From a virus (taxonomy: Duplodnaviria; Heunggongvirae; Uroviricota; Caudoviricetes): a DNA stretch of 64,000 nt. The stretch lies in the IMG/VR virus record IMGVR_UViG_3300023181_000001, positions 30,509-94,508 of that record, one strand, 5' to 3'. The position numbers were made by a program, and so were the translations under genes. Positions 40,353 through 50,297 of the stretch are shown piece by piece (the stretch's first letter is position 1; every line of letters starts with the position of its first letter). The notes under the pieces are model-generated. The model saw only the letters and a list, made by a program, of their open reading frames with translations, was not told the origin of the DNA and searched no databases.

Positions 40353-40746
40353 TAAAAGGAAAACTTATAATTTTAAAACAAAAGTAAAATGTACAAAGAT
40401 TTAAAAAAAGAAACCCCAAAAGAGGGAGAAAAAGTGTTTTGCGGAATAAGTGAAAAACCATTAGCTCCAAAAATAGCGATATTTAAAAGGGGTAAATTCT
40501 ATAGTATTTCAGATTCTGAGATAGAACTTTTCCCAACACATTGGAAATATCCAAATGTACCATTTATGTTTTAACCATTAAAAAAAGTAAAATTTAACCA
40601 CTTAAACTAAACAAATGAAAACAGCAGAAGAATTTATAAAAGAGAATAAAAAAATTGATTACTTCGGTAACAAAGTCAGGACATGGATTTGTAGCAGACA
40701 AACAATCAATACTAAACGCTTATCCACTTGACCAAATTAAATAGTT

Positions 40747-41169
40747 ATGAAAACACAAAAACTAATTCCGCTTTTGGATTACGTATTGGAACAAACTGGA
40801 AAAATAAAACCAGGATGTGACTATACAAACGACCAAATACTTATAAGAATATCCAAGTACGCTATATTTTTATCAGAACCTTTAAAGCTTTCGCAATTCG
40901 TGCCGTGTGATGACGAAGGAAATATTTTATCAAACCCAAAAACTAAAGATAGTTATCGTCAAAAAGAAATTGATGATTATCAAAAAGCAAAATCAGATGT
41001 TTTATTTGAAGGTTTTAAAACGGTAACCTGTAACAATGAAATAGCCGTTAGAAAAGAAGGAAATGTTACAATAACTATTTCAGAAATGGAAAATTTGAAT
41101 ATCGATTTTCTTGCACCACATTTTGGAATAACCCTCACAGAAAAAGCAGTTAAAACTATAAATGGATAG
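40747..41169 (+). CDS. hypothetical protein
   Basis: 140-aa ORF. Confidence 0.4.
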   Translation: MKTQKLIPLLDYVLEQTGKIKPGCDYTNDQILIRISKYAIFLSEPLKLSQFVPCDDEGNILSNPKTKDSYRQKEIDDYQKAKSDVLFEGFKTVTCNNEIAVRKEGNVTITISEMENLNIDFLAPHFGITLTEKAVKTING

Positions 41170-41172
41170 ATT

Positions 41173-41472
41173 ATGGAAACAGGATTAGAAAAAATTATTG
41201 TACAAAGAATTGAAAAGCAGATTGGCAAACACGGATTTACAGGAGAACATCACGCCAATCATCCTGAATGGTATGCAGAAGGACAATTAGTAACTGCCAG
41301 CTATAGGCTTTCAAAAGAAATAGCTTATTCGGTTGAGCCTAAAAACTGGGACTCAATGTGGTGGATTGATTTATGTATGAAACCATACATTGAAAGATTG
41401 TCTATTGCAGGGTCATTTATGGCTGCTGAAATCGACAGATTAATTGAAATTGACAAAAGACAAACAAAATGA
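41173..41472 (+). CDS. hypothetical protein
   Basis: 99-aa ORF. Confidence 0.4.
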   Translation: METGLEKIIVQRIEKQIGKHGFTGEHHANHPEWYAEGQLVTASYRLSKEIAYSVEPKNWDSMWWIDLCMKPYIERLSIAGSFMAAEIDRLIEIDKRQTK

Positions 41473-42566
41473 AACAACTAACAGAAAAAGACGCCATTTG
41501 GTGTAAGACGCAGAAGCAATGGGATTCGATTATTGAAAGATTCTCATTAGAAGAAAATATTAAAAATTATGATTTTAATAGAAGAAGAGTAATATTGGTA
41601 AAAAAAGGTATTTGGGATAATTTAGTAAGAGCTGAAGAAAATGACTACACCATCCACCAAGCAAAAGACATTCTAAAGAAGTCATTCAAAAAAGATGTTT
41701 TGAAGAGATTGGACAATTTGGAAGAAGAACGTAAGAATGGGAATCCTATCGAATTATTAGAAAAATTACTTTCTGAAATTACTCCAGAAGAATCTTTAAA
41801 AATAAAAAAAGATATGATTTCACTCGCACTAAAAGGGGAACCTTTAAAATTCGAATTGCCTACAAAAGAGTTGGAAGAACTGCCTGAGGATTGGTGTGTT
41901 TTTGTGACCGTAGATAATAGAAATGCAATTGCTGAATGGTCTAAAAACCCAAATCTGCATTATGGTGTTTATGTTTTTTATGATAAAAAGACTCACGAAG
42001 TTACTACTATTAAATCAAAAGGATTTTACATAAAACACACCGAAATAACTTTCGATCAGTTCAAAAAATGGGTATTGAAAGAAGATGATTTAACGCCTGT
42101 TGAAAAAATGCTAGATGTTAAAGAAAAACTGCTTTCAATCCGAGAAGTTCAAGTAAAAGTATCAAATCAAGAAGAAGCGAATGAATGCGCTGAAATTGCA
42201 AAGGCGTGTGGGGAGAAAATATCCACATTATTCTTATATCCAAATGATGGAGAATATTTTAGCTATAATTACACAGGTTCTAATGTTTTTGGTTTTTATA
42301 AATTTGATGATTCAATGAAAGAAATAAAACTCCAAGAATTTAAAAAAAGTTTCGGTAAAAAACAAGAAACTGAAATTGATTGGAGCAAGGCGGGGCAGTT
42401 GGTTAAAAACACAACTGATTACTTTTTAATTACTAACGGGATACATTCTAAAACGCTTTTTGAAGCAACTCCTTGTAATGGAAATGGCAAGGGAGTTTTG
42501 CATAGAGGGTGGGTAAAAGAATCTTTCAAACTTTGCACCGAACCAATAACACTTAAAAACGAATAG
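41469..42566 (+). CDS. hypothetical protein
   Basis: 365-aa ORF, ATGA overlap. Confidence 0.5.
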   Translation: MKQLTEKDAIWCKTQKQWDSIIERFSLEENIKNYDFNRRRVILVKKGIWDNLVRAEENDYTIHQAKDILKKSFKKDVLKRLDNLEEERKNGNPIELLEKLLSEITPEESLKIKKDMISLALKGEPLKFELPTKELEELPEDWCVFVTVDNRNAIAEWSKNPNLHYGVYVFYDKKTHEVTTIKSKGFYIKHTEITFDQFKKWVLKEDDLTPVEKMLDVKEKLLSIREVQVKVSNQEEANECAEIAKACGEKISTLFLYPNDGEYFSYNYTGSNVFGFYKFDDSMKEIKLQEFKKSFGKKQETEIDWSKAGQLVKNTTDYFLITNGIHSKTLFEATPCNGNGKGVLHRGWVKESFKLCTEPITLKNE

Positions 42567-42881
42567 GTGAAAAAATTTTTAATATTTCTATTTCTCTTGG
42601 TAACATTTTTGACAAGAGCGCAAAGCATAGATACAGATTCCAAAGGAAGTAAAATAGCACAAGGAGTTTTCACAGGAACAGCTTTGTTTATAGTTGCAAA
42701 TAGCTTGCAGGGAGGAGAAAATCGTTGGTTATCATATCTTATTTCAATTGGAGGAGCTATGTTATTAGAATCAACTTTAAATACTAATTTAAGAAGCAGT
42801 TCTTATGTTTTAGGCGGCGCGATAATAATTAATACAAGTTTTGAAATTTTTAAACCAAAAAGAAGAAAATGTCTGAATTAA
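42567..42881 (+). CDS. secreted protein (Bacteroidetes-type signal peptide)
   Basis: 'MKKFLIFLFLLVTFLTRAQS' then a soluble Gly/Ser-rich domain. Confidence 0.5.
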   Translation: MKKFLIFLFLLVTFLTRAQSIDTDSKGSKIAQGVFTGTALFIVANSLQGGENRWLSYLISIGGAMLLESTLNTNLRSSSYVLGGAIIINTSFEIFKPKRRKCLN

Positions 42882-43156
42882 AAAGAAGCACAATATTTTG
42901 GAACGTTTTACTGACAGTAGTATCAACAGTTCTTATTTTAGTTTTAGGTGATGATATATTAGAAAATTTAATAAAGTTTTTAGCTTTAAACAGTATTTTA
43001 ATGTTTGTTTTATTACTTTCCGGTACTCTCAATGAATATGAAATGCCTCAAATATTTCCATTCAGCTGTATCTCTTTTGGTGCTTTGTTTATGGGAGTAC
43101 TTTACGGATTTTATTTAATAATTGTAAAAATAAATAAGTTTATAGATGGAGAATAA
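42869..43156 (+). CDS. membrane protein (3 TM)
   Basis: Hydrophobic throughout ('TIFWNVLLTVVSTVLILVLG', 'LALNSILMFVLLLSG', 'ISFGALFMGVLYGFYLIIV'). Confidence 0.45.
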   Translation: MSELKRSTIFWNVLLTVVSTVLILVLGDDILENLIKFLALNSILMFVLLLSGTLNEYEMPQIFPFSCISFGALFMGVLYGFYLIIVKINKFIDGE

Positions 43157-43979
43157 GTACGAAAGACGTTTAGATATTATTTGGGATGACTCTGTGCCCG
43201 AACGAGGAGAATTCGGCAAAAAGTTTGAGAACAAAGAAGAAAAAGAACTGTTTCTAGCTTGCAATTGTAAATCAGAAGTCTTAGGGATTCAAAAATTTGC
43301 AGATGAGGATGAGTACTATCTGACAGTTTTTAAATACAGATCGGAATCACATACTTTCATAGAAAGGCTTAAGTTGGCTTGGAAAGTATTTAGAGGTGAA
43401 GGCATTAATACAGCTGATGTCGTTTTATCCTCAGAGAATTTTGAGAAATTAAAACAGTTTTAAAAATGAATAAAGTCTATATATTATTCAAAGAGCAGGG
43501 AGCCTATGATGATTTTCATTCTGAAATACACGCGATATATTCTAAATTAGAATCCGCGGAAAAAGAAAAACAAAGAATAGAAAATAACATAGAGCTACTA
43601 AAATCTAAATATACAGAACAGTTTAATTCTACTATGAAAAAAGATAGTGGATCTCTAAAGGACTTTAAAATAGACAGGTATTATAAATTCAAAAGAGAGA
43701 ATCCAGAAGTGGAAATTCACACAGTATACATTCAAGAACACACAGTAATTTAAAACCAAAATAAAATGGGAGTAAAAACGACATATAGCATAACAAGAGA
43801 ACTTGCCATACAGGCAATCTTAGGAAAAGTTTATTCGGCGGGAGAAAAAGAATTAGAAGAAATTTTAGAAAACCTAATAAATCATCCCTTCCAAAACTAC
43901 CAAATAGTAAACCAATTAGACAAAAACGATTGGCACAACATTGAACATATAGGACAACTACTTTAAAAAACAAAAATAA

Positions 43980-45116
43980 ATGCCCTTACACAGTAAAGTA
44001 AAAAAAGCACAAGCACTTTCGCAAGAAGCAATTTATAAGTTAGCTGATTTTCAACAAGGGAAAAGGAAGCTAGTAAAGACAGGTAGGGATTACATAGATA
44101 AACATTTAACTGGAATTTTACCCTCAGATGTACTGACTTGTTTCGCACCAAGCGGTATCGGAAAAACCGAAGAATTTTGTAAAATATTTAGCAATTTTTT
44201 GGATAAAAAGATAAACCCACATGCTGATAATTACGTATCGTTGGAGTTTAATCTTGAAATGCTCTACTTTAACTTGTTTTTAAGAAATACTGCAAAAAGT
44301 CTGAATAAGAAGAAATCGGAAGTTATTCTAAAAGAGTTTACAGAGGAAGAACAAGCCGTAATAAAAGAGTATCACAAAGCTCTGTCGGATGATAGGAGAT
44401 TTATTGTGGAAGAGTCTGTAAACACCAAAGAGTTCTTTGAGATAATAGATACTTTCTGTGAAGAAAATAAATCTAAGGATGGAATATTTATTGGCATTGA
44501 CCACTGCAAGTTAGTACTACCTTCCGAAAAAGGGGAAGACCCGTTAGAGACAATAACAACTTATATTAATATAATTCGAAAAAAATATAAGAATGTTTAC
44601 TTCATATTGTTAAGTCAAGTAAATCGTAGCTATTATAGCGTTGAACCTAAGGAAAGGAGCAATTCAGCAGTGCCTACAACTTCTATGATTTTTGGAGCCA
44701 GCCATTTTGAGTTCCTTTCCTCTTACATTGTAGCGATAGTAAACCCATTTAAAACTTTTGGAATCCAAGAATATATGAAAGTGAAAGCAGATAGATATCC
44801 GCACTTATCAGAATTTGAAACATCGGAAGATAAAAAAGGTTATGTAAGTTATAATGCTGTCGGGAATATGTTTTATCATATTTTGAAGCTGAGGGATTCT
44901 GATTGTGTATTTGAAACACTACATATAGAGAAAATGGATTTACCCCAGGAACAGTTAGATAAAATGAAACAGTCTGTTGAAGATAAAATAGAAACAGCCA
45001 AAACTATCTCCCTACCAGTATTTGAAGGATTTACAAATTCTACTTCTCCACTACCAACGGTAAAGCCTTTTGAAGCATTTGGTCAGAGTTTTGAGAAAGA
45101 TAGAGAGCCATTTTAA
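43980..45116 (+). CDS. DnaB-family (SF4) replicative helicase, ATPase domain
   Basis: Walker A 'FAPSGIGKTEEF'. Walker B 'IFIGIDHCKLV'. H3 'ILLSQVNRS' (DnaB iaLSQLNRs). Confidence 0.7.
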   Translation: MPLHSKVKKAQALSQEAIYKLADFQQGKRKLVKTGRDYIDKHLTGILPSDVLTCFAPSGIGKTEEFCKIFSNFLDKKINPHADNYVSLEFNLEMLYFNLFLRNTAKSLNKKKSEVILKEFTEEEQAVIKEYHKALSDDRRFIVEESVNTKEFFEIIDTFCEENKSKDGIFIGIDHCKLVLPSEKGEDPLETITTYINIIRKKYKNVYFILLSQVNRSYYSVEPKERSNSAVPTTSMIFGASHFEFLSSYIVAIVNPFKTFGIQEYMKVKADRYPHLSEFETSEDKKGYVSYNAVGNMFYHILKLRDSDCVFETLHIEKMDLPQEQLDKMKQSVEDKIETAKTISLPVFEGFTNSTSPLPTVKPFEAFGQSFEKDREPF

Positions 45117-45180
45117 TTTTAACAGTTTTTATTTGTTTCTTAACTTTTTTCGCCCGATATTTACAAAAAATAAATCAATT

Positions 45181-45450
45181 ATGAAATCAAATAAAGAATA
45201 TAGGTTTAAAGACAACCTAAAAGAAAAAGAATTTCACGATAAATTTAAACAAATGTTTGAACGTGATAATATGGCAAAAACTACTTTATCTGCAATCGTT
45301 TTTGGTTGGGAAAACGACAGACAAAATTATCCAAAAGAGTATTTGACTGAAAAGGAGGAGAACATCTGCTTAAGTTTAATACAGTGGCTTGGTAGTCCTG
45401 TTGCGCAAGGTTTTTTAGATAATTGTGGATTTGAATTAAACAAAAAATAA
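45181..45450 (+). CDS. hypothetical protein (start taken at the ATG at 45181, not the track's 45070)
   Basis: 'MKSNKEYRFKDNL...'. The track's N-terminal extension overlaps the dnaB 3' end and includes the GC motif. Confidence 0.4.
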   Translation: MKSNKEYRFKDNLKEKEFHDKFKQMFERDNMAKTTLSAIVFGWENDRQNYPKEYLTEKEENICLSLIQWLGSPVAQGFLDNCGFELNKK

Positions 45451-45709
45451 TTATGAGAAAAATATATAAAATTTACGAACAGGCTTGGACTACTTTGGAG
45501 ACCAATATAGTAAGCCACGATTACGGAGACCAAACTAGATGTATGACTTTTCTATTGAGAACTATTTTTGTAGAGGGTTATGATAAACGAAAAACTCTAG
45601 CAGATGGATTTAATACTCTTAAAGAAGCTGAAAAGTTTATTGAGGATAATATTCAAGATTACGACAAATGGGTTATATTAGCTGAATACACTAAAGAAGA
45701 AAATTAATT

Positions 45710-45910
45710 ATGGATGATGAACAAAAAGAAGGTTGTGCTATGTTAAGTTGCATTATTTTAGGACTTTTACTTTGGATTGCGGTGGCGTCTTTAACAGAAA
45801 ATCGCGAAGAAAAATTTGAAAGTAAGGAGATAGTTCAACCCGAAAAAGTACTTACAACAGACGGTAAGAAAGTTGATACAATTTATGTTTATAAAATAAA
45901 AGAAAATTAA
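45710..45910 (+). CDS. small membrane protein, paralog A
   Basis: TM 'AMLSCIILGLLLWIAVASL'. C-terminus 'EKVLTTDGKKVDTIYVYKI' shared with the next gene. Confidence 0.5.
   Translation: MDDEQKEGCAMLSCIILGLLLWIAVASLTENREEKFESKEIVQPEKVLTTDGKKVDTIYVYKIKEN
45839..45900 (+). repeat. 62-bp perfect direct repeat, copy 1
   Basis: 'CCCGAAAAAGTACTTACAACAGACGGTAAGAAAGTTGATACAATTTATGTTTATAAAATAAA'. Identical copy exactly 200 bp downstream. Confidence 0.85.
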
Positions 45911-45912
45911 TT

Positions 45913-46110
45913 ATGGAAAACTCAGAATTTGGAAATGGCCTAATAGTAGGTTGGATTGTTAGTGGAATTATTTTCACTGTATTAGGTTTTGCACTTACTA
46001 AACCCACAGAAGAATTAAAATCAACAACTAAAATAGTGCCCGAAAAAGTACTTACAACAGACGGTAAGAAAGTTGATACAATTTATGTTTATAAAATAAA
46101 TCAAAAATAA
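45913..46110 (+). CDS. small membrane protein, paralog B (tandem duplicate)
   Basis: TM 'LIVGWIVSGIIFTVLGFAL'. Identical 62-nt 3' segment. Confidence 0.5.
   Translation: MENSEFGNGLIVGWIVSGIIFTVLGFALTKPTEELKSTTKIVPEKVLTTDGKKVDTIYVYKINQK
46039..46100 (+). repeat. 62-bp perfect direct repeat, copy 2
   Basis: Identical to 45839-45900. Confidence 0.85.
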
Positions 46111-46649
46111 TGGATAAAACAGACAGAATAGCAATTTTTATTTGGTTAGCACTTTCTATATTAAGTACTTGGTATTTCAGACTATTAGAAGCTTTTCTTT
46201 TTCCCTCTTTGTTACTTTGTTTATGGGTGCTATTATCGTTAGTAACTAATAGTTTAATTTTAAAATTTACTGAGAAGAGGATAAAACTTCCAAAATCTTT
46301 AAAATACTTAAATAGAAAATCTCCAATATATGAGCTAGTGAAAGAGAAATATGATATTTACTACTCTATCTATAAGCACGAACTTGGTTATTTTGATTTA
46401 AAAGAAGAGTTTGTCTTTTTTCTACCTTTTTCCGCCATTTTTCAAACATGGAGATATAACCATACAAGGACAATTCGCCCTCCAAAACTTGATGATGAGG
46501 GATTATTGAAAATCGAAAGTCTAGAAACACTCTTTGAAGAAATATATTGGAAAGAGAAAGCTAAATGGGACTTAGAAGAAGTGGTGAAATTACAAAAAAC
46601 TTCTATGAAAGAACAGCTTAATAAAGAATTTAAACAAAACTATATTTAA
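46110..46649 (+). CDS. membrane protein
   Basis: Two N-terminal TM segments 'IAIFIWLALSILSTWYF' and 'LFPSLLLCLWVLLSLV'. Confidence 0.45.
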   Translation: MDKTDRIAIFIWLALSILSTWYFRLLEAFLFPSLLLCLWVLLSLVTNSLILKFTEKRIKLPKSLKYLNRKSPIYELVKEKYDIYYSIYKHELGYFDLKEEFVFFLPFSAIFQTWRYNHTRTIRPPKLDDEGLLKIESLETLFEEIYWKEKAKWDLEEVVKLQKTSMKEQLNKEFKQNYI

Positions 46650-46936
46650 AATGACAATAGAAATTAAAAGAAATACGTTGATCGTTGAAGCGGATAATGT
46701 AAGAATTGAAGAGACTGCTTTTGAACCTATTTATGATAAAAGGTTAGACGGCAGTAAAGACTTCTCTAAGAGATTGGGGGAAGATGTAGTAGATGAAGTT
46801 TTAAATCTATTATCTGCCCCCTTAGAAGATTTAATCTACTACAGAAAAGCAGAGTATGACAGTTTAAGTCTGATTCTATCATTGTACAATAAACTACCCA
46901 GAGATAAAGCTCAAGATTTATATTCTATTTTGAAAG

Positions 46937-47500
46937 ATGAATATGTATGAAGCAATATCCTTGTATTTCAAGCAGTACAATAATGTGCACAATGTCTACT
47001 TCTTTAATTGGGAGTGCGATGCCCTCGTGATAAACAAAAGTGAATACTTAATTGAATGTGAAGTTAAGATTTCTCGCGCCGATTTTAAAAAGGATTTTGC
47101 AAAAGTAGAAAAACATCTGCGTTTACAAGATAAAGGCTGCTTTGATAAGCCAAACCGTTTTTATTACGTCTGCCCCGAAAACTTAATAAAAGTAGAAGAA
47201 ATTCCTTCTTATGCAGGATTGTTTTATGTTAAATATGGGACTTTAGAGAAGATAAAAGAGGCACCTTTGCTCCACAAAAACAAATTGCCTTACAAGGAAA
47301 AGCTCTTCAATAAATTATATTTCGCCTATAAAGAACTACAGCAGTTTAAGTCTGAAGATACTTACAAGGAAATTAAGAGAGAACTTTTTAATTTAAAAAA
47401 GACTTTAGCTAATAAAGAACTTGTAGAAAAGGAGTCTGATAGATACATAAGAGAATTAACCTCAGAACTAAGACATTTGAAATATGGACAAAGACCTTGA
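46937..47500 (+). CDS. possible PD-(D/E)xK nuclease-like protein (VRR-NUC-like core)
   Basis: 'ECDALVINKSEYLIECEVKIS' fits D-x(n)-E-x-K. Confidence 0.3.
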   Translation: MNMYEAISLYFKQYNNVHNVYFFNWECDALVINKSEYLIECEVKISRADFKKDFAKVEKHLRLQDKGCFDKPNRFYYVCPENLIKVEEIPSYAGLFYVKYGTLEKIKEAPLLHKNKLPYKEKLFNKLYFAYKELQQFKSEDTYKEIKRELFNLKKTLANKELVEKESDRYIRELTSELRHLKYGQRP

Positions 47501-47740
47501 AAATCAGCTTTTAGCTCTTTGGTTATTAGAGCTTAGAATGAATACAACTCACATCTTAAAAGAGTACTTGGAAGATGAGGAATTATTAGCTTGGGCGCGA
47601 AAAAATATTAAACAAAGAGTGCATGAGACTAATCCAAGGGAATTTGAAGTTTGGTATCGCGACAGCCATATTTTGTACATAGCAAGGGAGTTAGAGTACC
47701 ATCACCATATTAAGAATTATCCAATCCTGCAATTAAATTA

Positions 47741-48187
47741 ATGAAAATACCACTAATATTAAGCCAAGCAAGGTTTCAAGATAAAATTTTACCTAACCTC
47801 AAAGAGGACTGTTTTTATATCTCTATCTTAGATCCCGATGATCTAGGCTCTCTAAGCCTAGATACTGACAATTTCAAGACTTTTAAATTTTGGGATATCG
47901 AAGAGGATATTTCAAGTTATAAATGTTTTAATTTTGAACAGGCCAGAGAAATGTACCAATTCATTAAAGCTAATTACGGTAAACAACTTATAGTTCATTG
48001 TCATGCAGGTGTGTCAAGATCCTCAGCAGTAGGTGAATTTTACTTTGAAATGCAAGGAGGGAGCTATAAACAGCTTACAGAGGCTTACAAAAACATAATG
48101 CCAAATGGAAGGGTGCTTTCTTACTTGAGAATCGCAGAAAAAGAAGACACAACAGTTTATGACTTTAAAATAAATTTTACACAGTAA
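47741..48187 (+). CDS. Cys-based protein phosphatase (dual-specificity/tyrosine phosphatase-like)
   Basis: 'LIVHCHAGVSRSSAVG' is the HCxxGxxRS CX5R P-loop. Confidence 0.7.
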   Translation: MKIPLILSQARFQDKILPNLKEDCFYISILDPDDLGSLSLDTDNFKTFKFWDIEEDISSYKCFNFEQAREMYQFIKANYGKQLIVHCHAGVSRSSAVGEFYFEMQGGSYKQLTEAYKNIMPNGRVLSYLRIAEKEDTTVYDFKINFTQ

Positions 48188-48192
48188 TTAAA

Positions 48193-48516
48193 ATGACAAG
48201 AATAATATTAAAAGATGGGAAATACGTAGTGATGGCTCCTAAAAAATTAAGAGTTTTAGAAAGAGTAATAACTTATTTTTTAAATTACAAAAAACCAGTG
48301 AAGATTATGGTAACAGATAAAGAATTAGAAAGTAGTTTTGAATATTGGTTAGCACATTATCAATGTAACGGAGACAGTCATTATTCAGATGACAAAATTG
48401 AAAGAATACAAGAAATCTATTATGACAAGATTGTGGATAGAGTCTTACAAGATTTGCCCGAAATGACAGATGAAGAAAATGATGTGATTGTTGAACGATT
48501 AAGTAATATGTTTTGA
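48193..48516 (+). CDS. hypothetical protein
   Basis: 107-aa ORF. Confidence 0.4.
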   Translation: MTRIILKDGKYVVMAPKKLRVLERVITYFLNYKKPVKIMVTDKELESSFEYWLAHYQCNGDSHYSDDKIERIQEIYYDKIVDRVLQDLPEMTDEENDVIVERLSNMF

Positions 48517-49190
48517 TAGAATCAAATAGACAGCTAGAAGTATCTAAGAAGTGGTTAAAAGCTTTTCAAGGACGTTTAGAAATGATAAAAGAGAGTAAAG
48601 ACAGCTATAGTCAACCTTTGATGTATAAATTAGCGTTAGATTCCACACAAAGTATGATTGACGAATTAACAGAAGAAATAAATAGGTATGAAAAATGAGT
48701 TTAACATTGAAGAAAGTTTTGATAGTTTTCTCAACAGCGAAGATTTAGATGGAGATTATAACGAACTCTTGTATTGCTATGAAGCAGGATATCGCGCAAA
48801 ACAAACTGAAATACAAAAGTTAATAGAAGTACTTGAAGAATCCATGAAAGAGTATGGTAAAGATTTAGATATTGCAAGAAGAATAAACTATGAACAGTTT
48901 ACACAAAGTAAAATTAAAACGCTTAAGGCATTATTATGAAAGAAATCGAGTTAGAAGAACCAATAGGAAACTTCATTATTAAAAATGCAGAAGGTGTTCC
49001 CTACGAGGATGGACAATATTATCATTATTCAGAAGTCTGTAAACTTTTAAAACTTCAAAACCAGAATATAAAAAATCTCCTTAAAACACAAAGAGAAAAC
49101 TGTTATGTTGCAATTTATAATGATAATTACCTCAATAAAGAAATTGCTTCCCTTTGTATAACTGCACAAGAACCTCCCTTAAAATAATAA

Positions 49191-49226
49191 TCCCCTACTT
49201 GAGCCTTAATTGGTTTAGGTAGGGGA
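49191..49226. terminator. bidirectional rho-independent terminator at the convergence of the + and - gene blocks
   Basis: 'TCCCCTAC-(20 nt)-GTAGGGGA' flanked by AAAATAATAA on the 5' side and ATTTTCTT on the 3' side. Last + ORF ends 49187, first - ORF ends 49257. Confidence 0.6.
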
Positions 49227-49705
49227 ATTTTCTTGTTAGTGAACGATAGAGAATGCTTATATAATCTTTTTTAGTTTCAAACAAATTCTATGGGCTTCCA
49301 AAACTTTATAGTAATAAGTAAAAGTTATTTCACCTGGATTATAGTTCAAAGCAGCAAAAGCTTTTTTAGCATCCCACTCAGACCTGATTAAAGCCTTTAG
49401 AAGCAGTCTTTGTCTTAAAGTGCATAATCTACCTTCTTTGAAATCTGAAGGCTTGTGGTAGTCTAAATTAGGATTTACTGCTGAGTTCATTCAGACGTTC
49501 TACAACTTCAGGATACATTGGATGCTTTTTTGGAGACTTTCCTGACATAACTAGTTTCCACTCATTTCTTGTCTTTGAGTGCATTATTTCGAATACACAA
49601 GAATCTTCACTCATATACAGAAAACTCCCTGTAAAATTTTCATAGTTTTCTACTTCCCATTTACCTCTATAAGCTTCCTTTACTTGCCATTTCGGGCAAA
49701 ACAAA

Positions 49706-50116
49706 CTAAACAGTTTTTTCATAATCTTCTACTTCTTTTAGGTACTTAGTAACAATGCTTTTAGCTTTTTCAAACTGTTCTTTAGTTATTTCTTTGGCTT
49801 CCTCTAAAGCTTTTTCTGAAAAATTCTCACTACCTTGTCTAAAAGAGGTTACCATATCTAGAGATACTCTCTCTACTTCCGCTTTAAACAGTGGCTTAAA
49901 ATCATCGAAATAAGACTCTTGTTTTAAATGTTCTATGTGGTAGTATTCGTAGCCGCTACCAAACTTAGACTTTACTTTTAAATACTTTCCCTTGTATTTG
50001 CCTATTACTTCACTAACGTTGACAGCTTCTTTAACTTTCCTGTCTTCGTATCTTCTTCTTAATTCTCCTACTGTAAGGTTATCATTTTCTTTTTCTAAAT
50101 CAACAGTTATTCTCAT
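49706..50116 (-). CDS. hypothetical protein
   Basis: 136-aa ORF. Confidence 0.4.
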   Translation of the reverse strand: MRITVDLEKENDNLTVGELRRRYEDRKVKEAVNVSEVIGKYKGKYLKVKSKFGSGYEYYHIEHLKQESYFDDFKPLFKAEVERVSLDMVTSFRQGSENFSEKALEEAKEITKEQFEKAKSIVTKYLKEVEDYEKTV

Positions 50117-50297
50117 AATTTTTAATATTTTGTTATTTTTACACTACTCGTAAGGTGAAAATACCCACACTCACATAAATAATATCTTGAAGGTTTCTTA
50201 AATCTCTTAGCGCAGGGATTGTATTTTGTTTCTATAATACGTTCTAATTCTAAGCGTGCCTCATCTTTTGTATTAAAAATTCTCTTATTACACATAA

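Larger units (their letters stand above)
39133..40388 (-). mobile_element. IS200/IS605-family (IS1341-like, TnpB-only) insertion; ends approximate
   Basis: Single opposite-strand gene inside a uniformly + strand block, occupying the whole gap between flanking + strand ORFs. No TnpA present. Confidence 0.5.

Noticed and set aside
41173-41472. MazG-like NTP pyrophosphohydrolase
   Set aside because: A few spaced Glu/Asp residues but no convincing EExxE…ExxD pattern. Left as hypothetical.
45070-45180. N-terminal extension of ORF 45070-45450
   Set aside because: Overlaps the dnaB 3' end in another frame and spans the intergenic GC motif. The ATG at 45181 with an A-rich leader is the more plausible start.
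45839-46100. Possible CRISPR-like repeat (two identical 62-bp copies)
   Set aside because: Only two copies, both inside coding sequence encoding the same peptide. This is a tandem gene duplication, not a repeat-spacer array. No other short regular repeats seen.
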